This document shows positions 52,300 through 64,000 of a stretch of DNA of 64,000 bases, piece after piece. The DNA lies in the NCBI GenBank assembly GCA_951406725.2, contig OX597816.1, positions 58,156,001 to 58,220,000 on the forward strand. The letters are read 5' to 3'. The notes beneath the pieces are model-generated. The model had not been told where the DNA came from. It worked only from the letters and a program-made list of their open reading frames with translations, and made no database searches. The stretch is from Octopus vulgaris. Lineage: Eukaryota. A program made the position numbers and the translations under genes. How positions within the stretch are numbered: the first letter of the stretch is position 1; each line of letters opens with the position of its first letter.

Positions 52300-53230
52300 C
52301 AGAAAACAAACAAGATGGCGAAATAATGCGGGAAATTCTAAATTATCAGCATGTAGCTTAATGAAGCATCATAATTAACCTCCGTATTCGAAGCTGTCAT
52401 GGGTTGGATGGTTTGGCTGGACCTGATGTGTCTAAGAATTGCGTCGTGCTTTGACATGGTTTTTTGGACAAATGTCCTTCCTAACGCCAAGTTTCCCTTC
52501 ATAACACCAAGATGCCATTCCTAACCAACAAATTTTGTTCCCTTTTTACAAAATAGGACTGTCTAATTATTTTCATAGCAGCAACTTCAAATGGATATGG
52601 ATTCAATTAAAAAAAACAAAAAACGGTATTTTGGACAGCAAGAACTGTTCCTTAGAAATTCAGCAAAAAACTTCTGCAGCAAATAAAAATAGAATTTACT
52701 GGAAAGCCTTGATAGCAACAATAGCAAAAAGGTCCGACAAAATGTAACGAGGTTCCTTTTCTACAGTGTTTGATCCTGCTACAAATAACAATCCCTGCCC
52801 CTGTATGCATGCATGCATGCATGTATGTGTGTATGTATGTATGTATGTATTTTGTCTCTTCTATTTTTTAATTATTATAAATCTTCCACTGAGGAGGGAG
52901 CCGGTTTCCAACAAAGATGTAGTTAACACAGACAAATTCACATTTGGAACTTGAGAAATGTCTTGCATATTTTGACTGTTCCACTCACAAATTGCACTTG
53001 TATTGTACGAATCAGCCGGTCGATTTCTCTTTCTCAAAATCCCAGTTTACCCAGATTCTCCTTTAAGCATTTACTAACAAAACCTAGTGCTACTTACGTC
53101 TTCTTAAATAATTTACTGTTTTCATCGAAGGTGACGTTGTTAGTTTCAGCCATAAGCGTGTTAGTGAGAGTCCACGCGGTGTAGATGCATATTTAAAAAT
53201 CTGCTCAGAACAATGCTACGTTGGTGAGTT
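52300..53230. promoter_or_regulatory. Candidate promoter/first-exon region
   Basis: YY1-like CAAGATGGCG at 52311-52320; CpG-retaining unique segment 53090-53250; strong donors on both strands (minus GTAAGT at 53097-53092, plus GTGAGT at 53224); CpG decay begins immediately to the right. Confidence 0.35.
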
Positions 53231-53909
53231 AAAAGGTGACAACCGGTGTTTGTGTGTTTGCATCCTGTAACTTAGTTATTTCACAAAAGAGATCCTCAGA
53301 ATAAATAACAGTGTTGCAAAAACATAAGTACTGGCGGGGGTGGGGATGGGGTAGATTCATTCGACTAAAACTTCTTCTTGGCAGTGCCCCAGCATGGCCA
53401 CAGTCAAATCACTGAAACAAATAAAAGATAAAGAAAAAGAACACAACTGTTGATTCATTTATTCATTAGAGATTTCTTTTATTCATTAAATATTTGTCGA
53501 TCATATAAGTTTAATAAGTATAATAATAGTAATAATAATAATAACAACAACAACAATATCAATAATAATAAATTTTCTTTGTTATTGTGGAAAGTAGGAT
53601 TTCATATATCATACTTCACAGGTGCATATCTCTAATAATTTTGCTCTGCCAGATAGCTTTACCAACAGAACTACTTTTCAAAGCAATCAAAATGTCTGGT
53701 TTTATCCTTTCTTCACCTTTTTTCTTCTTTTTATACTTTTTTTTTTGCATTATATATATTTCAATAAATCAACCCACATGCCTATATATGTCTGTGTGAC
53801 TGTGTGTATACACACACACACACATGCATATATATATGTGTGTGTGTGTGTGTATTTGTATGTATCTATTTATAGGTATCCATACAGACATGTGTGTGTA
53901 TATATATAT

Positions 53910-53952
<43 letters not shown>

Positions 53953-54085
53953 TATATATCTGTGTATATATATATGTATATATATATATATATATAGATA
54001 TAGATTCAGATGAATATGGTACTTAAGTTAAAGGCACCAGAATTTGGTATGGTATTATCCATATAAATCAAATGGGGTGATTATA

Positions 54086-54124
<39 letters not shown>

Positions 54125-55413
54125 TATATATATGTAATTATAATAAAGGGTAAAAATCATTAATGATTTTACCAATGGGTCAGCATGGAAATAAAAACCT
54201 TATTGGAGAATTTTACAAATATTTTAATAATTATATACATAATTACAACAACGGATTGACGTCTTTTGGTGTCTATTTTCCCAGTGTCTGGAGAAGCTTA
54301 TAGCCAATCTCTTGTTATAATTATGCATATAATTATTTAGAAAAATATATATATATATTAATGTTTGTTTTTATGCTCAATTACAGAAAAAAAAACAATC
54401 TCACATTAATCTGATGGGGAGTTACTCTATACTTTTGTAGAGTATATATATATATATATATATACACATGCACAAACATATATGTATGTCTTAATATACA
54501 CCTCTCCTATGTACATTTTTTTGTGGTGGGGGAGCTATATGCAATTGTGAAAAAGGTTTAAACTAATGACAACAATAACAACAACAATAATGATGATGAT
54601 AATAATAATAGTCATTATAATAATATTTACTTGGAACTACAAGCATACTGCATAAGATATAGTCTGTCTGAGGTTCTTGTTGTTACTTGGTGGTAAACAC
54701 AATTTCTTCAATCTACATCATAATATTGAATACTGAGCAACATCTTCAGTAATAATAATAATAATAGTGCCACTAATGAATGTGATAAATTTTATTTGAG
54801 CATTTAGTAGCCTTTTTACAATAGAATTATGGTCTCGTGGTGCATATGAATGCATTGTAGCGAGATTAGGTCTTTTAATATTGGAATATTATTCAGGTGC
54901 ACAATTGCATTATCCACATTATTCCAGTGGGCCATTGTATGACAATTATGAGAATGAAAATGGCTAAGGACTAAATAAAAGATCTTAATTATAAAAGAAA
55001 TGGCATGAAGTAGGGCAAAAGATGCTTCAAAAGTGAAACATGGACATTATTATCTTGTCCTTTGTTTAGCTATTCAATCATAATTTTCAGCCGTTAGCAC
55101 AAGGCCACACATTTTTTATAATAATAATAATTATAATAACAGCTTCGATAACATGGTATTAATAATAATAATAATAATAATAATAATGATGATGATGATG
55201 ATGATGATTTATAATTCAAGTTGAAGCTCTTGCAACAACATGGAAAACAACATTTATATATATATTTTGACTGACTTGGTTTATAGTCATAATTAACAAA
55301 ATTCACAAATTTCTAAAGTATATTTAATTCAATGATTTGCCATACACACACTCACACACATACATATATGGGTACATGTAAATATGTATGTGCATATATC
55401 TGTGTGTGTATAT

Positions 55414-55481
<68 letters not shown>

Positions 55482-55484
55482 ATA

Positions 55485-55562
<78 letters not shown>

Positions 55563-55645
55563 ACTAATATATACTATTTCCCTCTATTTACCCATCTCAC
55601 TTCATCTCAGATGAAAGGATATTCCAGGAACAGCTGTTAGACTAA
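53213..55645 (+). other. Candidate spliced short ORF or 5' exons (53213-53223, 53622-53698, 55611-55645)
   Basis: A phase-consistent join gives [40 protein letters not shown]. The second donor (TG|GTTTTA) is weak and no homology is recognised. Confidence 0.2.
54625..54750 (+). mobile_element. R4/Dong 3' tip in an (AAT)n tract
   Basis: LLGTTSILHKI* followed by a short UTR; (AAT)n on both sides. Confidence 0.55.
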
Positions 55646-56012
55646 CTTTCTCTCTATAAATGTCCTGAAAATTTCACACAGCTTTGGCTTTGTTATCTCA
55701 TTTTATTTAACACACACACACACACATATATATATATATCAAAATAAGCAACAAGGATATCCAGAGGTAATGCAGTACAATCGTTTCATGCGACTCCATT
55801 TAATTGAAAAATGCAAAAATTACATCAATTTAAAATGTAGACCAATCTTCAGCTACATAAAAATATAGAATTTAGTTAAATAAATATATATATATGTATA
55901 TATATGTATGTATATATATATGTGTGTGTGTGTATATATATATATATGTATATATGTGTATGCGTGTATATATATATATACATACACATACATCTATATC
56001 TATTATATATAC

Positions 56013-56044
<32 letters not shown>

Positions 56045-58699
56045 TGGAGGACAGTGTACTTGAGGACGTAGGATCTAGATTCTAGACTGGGTGTTGTGAG
56101 TGTTTATTGAGCAAAAACACCTAAAGCTCCACGAGGCTCCAGCAGGGGGTGGTGGCGAACCCTGCTGTACTCTTTCATTACAACTTTCTTCCTGTTTCTG
56201 CTGTACCTGTATTTCAAAGGGGCCAGCCTTATCACACTCTGTATCACGCTGAATCACCCCGAGGACTACGTTAAGGGTACACATGTCTGTGGAGTGCTCA
56301 GCCACTTGCACATCAATTCCAGGCTGTTTATTGATCGGATTAACTGGAAACTTTGTCGTCGTAACTGAAGGAGTGCCATGATGATATACACACACACACA
56401 CACACACACACAGATATATATGTATGTATATGTTTTAGAATAATGGAAAGATGTTAATGATATGTCAGAAAGGAATACTGACATACAGCAAAAGTCCCAT
56501 CCCGTAAGTTCTATTTGTGTCTTAAATATAAAGCCTGAGATTTTTCATGGTAATTAATTTATTCGTCTCTGTGTTTCTGCCCCAAGGCTGTGGCCATGCT
56601 AGGGCACTGCCAGTTTTATCACCTTTTCAATGGCTGTTCTCTTGTAATTGGATTTTAGTGAAGAAGGGAGGAATTATAAAGATGCAACATTGAAAGCTGT
56701 CTCTAGGTTTGCAGTCTTTAATTTTTGGACACCTAAGAGATGTGATACAGTTTTAAATTGGAATCAAATGCTATACATTGTTGTAGCTAAGTCTTAATAT
56801 AACTTACATGGGATGGCTCTTTTTAAGCATTAGCATTTGTATACAAAAACAGACAACATAAAAGACAGACATAGAGATTTTGAAAGATTTTGAAGAAAAA
56901 AACATAAAAAATGAGGTTTGACCAAAAATTTTGTCCAGTAAAAAGAACAAAAGAAATGGGAAAAGAATTCCTTTGAATTTTATTTTGATTTTGATTGCAA
57001 GTTTATTCTTAGATCAGTCCCAAACGCTAGCAGTCACATGGCTAAAGCTGAACTTGATTTCATATAAATGACAAAGGCTACAACACTTCTCCAAGAATGG
57101 AATTCTAGTCTCTTAGAAAGCTCACCTTCTCAGTTATTACTGAAGCACAATTTGCAGCTGAGTGGACAGGAGCAATGTGTAATGAAGAGTGTTGCTCAAG
57201 AACACAACACACCAATTGGTCTGCGAACTGAAACCATGACCTCACGATCATGAGTACAACACCCTAAGCATACACCTGCCCTTGAATCCAGGGTGAAAAA
57301 TCGTGACAATTATATGCATAAAAAGAGATGAAAGAATATTTTGGAAAGAGAGCCATTAGCATTTGGTGGATTGATTTAGAAGGTTCTTCAATCTGTAGTA
57401 AATATAGGTGCAGGCGTGGCTGTGTGGTAAAAAGAATGCTTCCCAACCACATGGTTCCGGGTTCAGTTCCCATTGTGTGGTACCTTGTGAGTGAATTTGG
57501 TAGACAGAAATTGAAAGAAGCCTGTTGGATATATATATATATACATGTATATACTAAAAACATTAAAATATATGTGTGTGGTGTGTGTATTTCAAAATTA
57601 AATTTGACAAAAAAAAACATCCCTCCCCTTCAAAAGGGAAAACAGCAACAAATAAGAACTTTGTAGGAATAGAAGCCATATATATATATGAATATACGTA
57701 TGTTTGTGTGTGTATGTATATATATGATGATGATGATATATATATCTATATATAATTATATAAGAACATAAGCATGTGTGTTATTATTATTGTTTTCAGA
57801 ATTGTTTAAAGCATCAGCAAAAGATATTTTGCAGGATTGTTCTGGTTCTCTACATTCTCAGTTCCAATCTTACCAAAGTTAACTCTGCTTTTCATCTTGT
57901 TTTGAAGTCAATAAAATAAATGCTAACCAATATTACTCCAAATTTTCAGGCCCTGGACGTAGACTACAAACAATTATTATTATTATTTTTATTATTATTA
58001 TTATTATTAAGGCAGTAAGCTGGCAGAGTGGTTAGCATGCAGGACAAAATACCCAAGTGTCATTTCTTTTGGTTTCAAATGCCACTAATGTCCACTGTAC
58101 CTTTCACGCTTTTGGAGTACTTGTACCTATGTAACTGAATTCCACCCCCATCAAAATTGCTGGCCTTTTGCCTAGAGTAGAAAGAATTGTTGTTGTTATT
58201 GTTATTATTATTATTATTATTATCATTATTACATTTTCAGTTCAAACTCCATCTAGGTTGGCTTTGCCTGTCAACTTTTGGGGGAGCACTGGAGTTGATG
58301 CAACTTACCCGCTCCCCTCAAACTACTGGCCATGAGCCAAAATTTGAACCCATTATTATTATCATTATTAACTCTAATTCTACTGAGGTTGACTTTGCTG
58401 TTTATCTTTTTGGGGTTGATGAAATAAGTACCAGTTGTGTACTGGGGGTCGATGTAATTGACTATCCCCCTCCCCCAAAATTCCAAGCCTTGTGCTTATA
58501 GTAGAAAGGAATATTATTATCACGATGTCTATTTTCAAATATGAGATGACTTTGGCTATAAAGCTGATGAAAATAGCTCAAGGAATGTTGTTGGTTTGGG
58601 ATCTGTTTTGCAATTAAGAGAAAGTTCTTCAACACCAGGAATTGCTCTGAACCACAACTTCAGTTTTGCAATTCTTCTCCCAATTGGCATTAGACAGAA

Positions 58700-59130
58700 T
58701 TACTCTTGCAGCCATGGAAAGGAAAATTTGAAGTTTCTAAACATGAGACTTTTTGAAAATATCAAAAGGATAATTAGTGTAACATAGCTTTGACTTTGGC
58801 ACAATTTGAGTTCTACCTGTGTTTATTGGACCCAACAATGTTACTGTAATTTGAACTTGTGACAGCTCAACGAGTCCTCTTTGTAGATCGTATTAGAGAT
58901 GAGATAGTAGCTTTCTCTCTTGAAGGATGAACAACACCCATCTTTAAGCAAAAAGCTCAGAATTAACCCGTATATCTGTCTGATTGCGTTTTCACAACAC
59001 AAAACCTGCTGTTACTTGTTTTGACATGACCTTGTTGGGAAACATCTGAAATGTTCAGTAGGTAGTCGACACCCGTAGCTAAAAGTTGCATACTGTCCTT
59101 CTCTTCCAGATTGTGAAAGCTTGCCATAAC
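58700..59130 (+). pseudogene. Possible hAT (Charlie/SPIN-type) transposase relic
   Basis: Broken peptides ALTLAQFEFYLCLLD, RVLFVDRIRDEIVAF and LLKDEQHPSL resemble hAT catalytic-region motifs; very degenerate. Confidence 0.3.
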
Positions 59131-59348
59131 GTTTAATCTAAATGCAGTGAAATTTTAAGACTTCACTTTTTTATTGGTATATAACAGTTAAAATGCTGTA
59201 AGCCTCCTTGCTTCCTCTTCTCCTGTCATCTGTCTATATGATGTTTATATTTGAGATAACCATTGGAATATAATCAAATGGTATGGAGTGGATCTAAGCA
59301 TGAGTTTTGCTTCATGGTTTAAAGAGGTGCAGTACTGGGCTATTAAAG

Positions 59349-59543
59349 CAGTGGTCCTCGATCTTTTTAATATCCAGGTGAGATTCAAAAACTGGATTTT
59401 CTTAGGCACTGCACCATAAAAAGTAAAACACAAACCAGCTAAAGAAAAATTTATTATATTTATAGATGGAAAACCATCCATGACCACCCAAAAGAAGCTT
59501 GAGGGCCTCATGGGACCCTAGGTGCTGCAAGTGAGAACTTCTG
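59349..59543. mobile_element. hAT/Charlie-like MITE
   Basis: Ends CAGTGGTCCTCGA...TGAGAACTTCTG resemble CAGTGGTTCTCAA-type TIRs; degenerate 8-bp flanks TATTAAAG/CCTTAAGG. Confidence 0.5.
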
Positions 59544-60227
59544 CCTTAAGGTGTCACAATGTCTTTATATTGCAAACAATTCATTATGACTTCTAGTAAT
59601 GATAATAATAACAAAAATAAACACAGCATTCATTGCTAAAAATGTCCTATGAGCTTAACTAGAACAACGACTACATAAAAATAAGACAGAATACTTATGA
59701 AGGGAAAGGGTTAATCTTTTGATGCACATCTGGTTGTGTGATTAAGAAATTAGTCTCCCCAAAATGGGGCTTCATTTCCTCAGTGTGTTACATAAGGTTT
59801 GTACTTTCTATGATAAACCCTGTCTGGACCAAAGCTTTGTGAAGGAAACTTGGTACAAAGAAACTATGGAAGCTTGTCTTAGGAACAGTTCTTGCTTTGG
59901 ATGGTAGAGTTAATCCAGAGCTTGAGTCAACAGTAGCCTCCTTCTCTCCACCCCACCAGCCCCTGGGTGGTTTTAGTAGAGTTCAAACTGTTGGAAATAT
60001 TTGAGCCAGGTCTCCTGTTATCTGGGGATAACCTCTTACCATTCTTCTAGATAGATTTAAGCAGTCCTGTGAAATGCCATGTTTACTTGTAACTTCTCTT
60101 CAGCCAGCCCCCACCAGATTATTACGACAAAGAATTATATAAGCACACATTTATGAGTGTGTGTATGTGTATATATATATATACATTTATATATATATAC
60201 ATTTATTATATATATATACACACACAT

Positions 60228-60539
60228 CATGATCATCATCATCATTTAATGTCCAGTGTCCATGCTGGGATGGGTTGAACAGTTTGACCAGGCTGGCATG
60301 CTGCACCAGACTCCAGTCTGATTTGGAATGGTTTCCTACAGGTGGATGCCATTCCTAATGTCAACCACTCCAAGAGTGTAATGGGTGCTTTTACGTGCCA
60401 TTTGTGTGACACCGGTATCTGCCATGACTGCAATTTTTTTCAGTTTGATGGGTCTTTTTCTTAAGCATGACATAATGCCAAAGGTCTTGGTCATTGCCTC
60501 TGTGAGGCTGAACACTTGAAACAAGCTCAGCCACTTATA

Positions 60540-60576
<37 letters not shown>

Positions 60577-60668
60577 ACACTTGCCCAAGGTGCCATGCAG
60601 TGGTACTGATCCCACAACCATGTTGTTGGAAAGCAAGTTTCTTACCATACAGCCATGCCTGCACCTAT
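60228..60668 (-). mobile_element. SINE with family-A-type tRNA head and RTE-like tail ending in (GAT)n
   Basis: The plus strand shows CATCATCATC...CCATGCTGGGATGGGTTG...GGATGCCATTCCTAATG and a family-A head at 60575-60665. CpG-decayed. Confidence 0.6.
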
Positions 60669-60680
60669 TATATATATATT

Positions 60681-60714
<34 letters not shown>

Positions 60715-61799
60715 TACATATATATATTGTATATCTGTGTGTGTGTGTGTGTTGGTGTCACCTTTTCTTGTGATAGTTCATAGATGAGCATCACTGCCAT
60801 ACAAGGGGCAAGTGGTCCTTTTCTTTCAGATGTTCCATGAAAACAAATCATGGAAAAATATTACTTTAGTTGGGAAAAGGTGAGGATTGGTGGTAGGAAG
60901 GACATTTGATCATAGAAAATCTACCTCAATGTTCTCTGTCCAACCCATCCACAAAAAAAGTGGATGATGAATGAGAAGAGAGAGAAGAAAGTTGGCTGAA
61001 GAAGAAAGATTGAAAGATGGGCTGTATTTCAGGAATATGAACGGAAAAGGTAGATGAGAGAATAACGAATACACACACACACACACACAAATATATATGC
61101 ATATATACAATTCAGAGTTGGTAAAATTGTGTATGAATAAATATATTAGTCACTCAAACTCCAAGATAATACAGTTTTCACCTTTTATTATTGTATTTTT
61201 ACAATTTTACAAGTACTTTCATGTTTTATAACACTCTTCAGGTAAATGTTTCTGTAATGGCATTAACAAACAGCAGCTAATGTTACACAACTGACAACTG
61301 TCAATACATACACACGTACATACATATATATAATATATATAATCAACATCGCTCACTGTTCATGCTGACATTGCTTCAACATATGCAAACACACACATAT
61401 ATTTATCTATACATATATTTGTCTATGTATGTGTCCACATGCTAGCCAATCACAACGTATTGCTTACCCTTTCATCAAGGATCTCTCTGATGTGCAGTAG
61501 AGTCTGCCTTACTCAAGAAACTTAATGAAAAGGCCTACTGACACAATATGGCTAACTTCTATTTTATCGGCCCAGCCATACTGACTCCATGCTTATTTGG
61601 TTCCCCTGAGATAGTTAAGAACTCTACACATCTGCTGTAGAAAGAGAGAGGGAGAGAGTGAGTGAGAGAGAGAGAGAGAGAGAGGAATTGAAAGATGTTT
61701 TAACTTTACCAGAAATGCTGCACAAGCAAATCAAAATGCTTTATCTTTGTTTGTGCAACAGCTGTAATAAAATGTACAAATATATACCCACACACACAC

Positions 61800-62155
<356 letters not shown>

Positions 62156-62361
62156 ATATGAATTTTTTAAACTTTGATTTTGAAGTTTGGCAAGGTGATG
62201 GCTCACTGAAAGTATTGAATAAGCTATCACCAATGAAACTGCAAAGTCACTGTCAACAAATTGTAATTAATATTAGACTCTACACCAGTACTGAGTTCTT
62301 TATTCAGTCAATAAATACCTAATTTAAATACCTAATTTTTAGGTATTTAAAACACTCTTCT

Positions 62362-62428
<67 letters not shown>

Positions 62429-62692
62429 ATGTGTGTGTGTGCGTGTTTGTGTATATATATATATATATTATATTTATATAGTACACCTAGGCACTTTGAA
62501 GAATAAATGATAGTATGATTGTATAGCAACTGACAGGTAAATGTTTCAAATCCAAACTCATCTTTTAAATCTTTTCCACCTGTTGATGTGTGATGAAATA
62601 ACTTGTAGATTTGATTGCATTTCATCCTTTCAAGGTAGTGTCGTTGATATAATCATGTATACATTTAAATATTCTGCTTAACCAAGGTGTGC

Positions 62693-62753
<61 letters not shown>

Positions 62754-62784
62754 TATTTATGCATATATATATATATATGTACAT

Positions 62785-62851
<67 letters not shown>

Positions 62852-64000
62852 TATGCATGTATGCATATGAATATAATATGTAAATATATTACCATCATCA
62901 TCATCATCAATTTAAATCACTCTCCTTGTGGGATAGATCCGCTCACCTTGATGGATCAAGAAGACCTCGTCTCTCTCACATCAATGCAGGATGCCCTTGT
63001 ACACCACTTCAGTCAGTGCTTTAGTACTTTCTCAAGGGTGACTCTTACAAAAAAACTTATTACTTGTACACATTCTCTTTATAAGCCTTTGAATTCTCTC
63101 TGTCCCATGCAACTCTCTTTCTCTGGTTACTGTTAATAGATATGTTCCCTTACTGCACTTTTATCTGTATCCTGCTCTGTTCTATAAGAAATGACCCTAT
63201 TTTCTGCAATATGAAACAGCCTTTTTGTAATAAATATGTATTATTGTTGGTAATATATAGGCAGTGATCTGACAGCGTCCTTAGTTGTTTGGACAAAATG
63301 CTTAGAAGAAGCTGAGTTAAAAACCTGCCAATGTCTACTTTGCCCGTCATCCTTTTAGGGTCCCTTTCCCTCAAAATTGCTAGCTTTCAACCCTGCAAAA
63401 GACCCCTATCCCATTCAGAGGGAATGTTGCGATCTCTGTAACTTACACGCCATGAAAACCGGGTAGCTGGCCCCATGAATCATAGGGTTGAAGAAATACA
63501 AAAAAAAAAAAAAAAAAAAAAAAAGAAAAGGAAAAAATAAAACAACAAATCATTAACTATACATTCAGATTCAGGACAGTTATGTGTATATATAAAGTGA
63601 AGCAATATTGTGAACTTTGCCTACACCAGCATATGGCTGGTACATACTGGTCGTATGAAATGAAAAATATAATTCAGAATGCCAAGAGACAGTAATTTCT
63701 ACAAGTCAGGTTGAATTTTCTGTGGTCATGAGCCAATGCAAAGATGTAACCTTTGGAGAAAGGGTACTGCCAGTGTAGTGTTGCTTGTAGTAGCTATGTT
63801 TGTTTCCATGGTTTTAGGGAGATATATGTAAATACACTTGTAACAGGACATACACATCAATAATACATATATATATATAGATCTCATCTGCATCCTCTGG
63901 GTTCCAGCTCAAAGATCTGTACATATACATATGTATATATATATACATATATACACACACATATGCACACCCATACATCAAGTTTTGTGTGTTCACATAC

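Noticed and set aside
52700-52775. Minus-strand middle exon (IKHCRKGTSLHFVGPFCYCCYQGFP) that would join 53098 and 52258 in phase
   Set aside because: Weak donor, unprotein-like sequence, and the plus strand could equally be a decayed LINE piece; not supportable without transcripts.

Overview
AT-rich animal genomic DNA dominated by microsatellites and transposon debris. The repeat vocabulary (tRNA-derived SINEs, R4/Dong, CR1/L2, RTE, Penelope-like elements, very long TA/TG/ATAC/ATCT/AAT tracts) is most consistent with an octopus genome; this is inference. No complete protein-coding gene is recognisable. Most ORFs in the track are microsatellite read-throughs; the few real protein signatures are retroelement or transposase fragments. 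Highlights: (1) several minimal type-I hammerhead ribozyme motifs, found in a ~200-bp non-autonomous family (4 copies), in the tail of a tRNA-headed SINE-like element, and at the end of a Penelope-like element; (2) the most abundant SINE shares its 3' stem-loop, with compensatory changes, with a CR1/L2-type LINE end in the window; (3) SINE copies to the right of ~53.2 kb show systematic CpG decay, next to a promoter-like segment with candidate splice sites, suggesting the 5' part of a gene-body-methylated host gene; (4) perfect and near-perfect palindromes, a templated inverted insertion, and RTE tails with several C2H2 fingers, one flanked by splice signals. Boundaries were read by eye (about +/-10-30 bp) and no searches were run.
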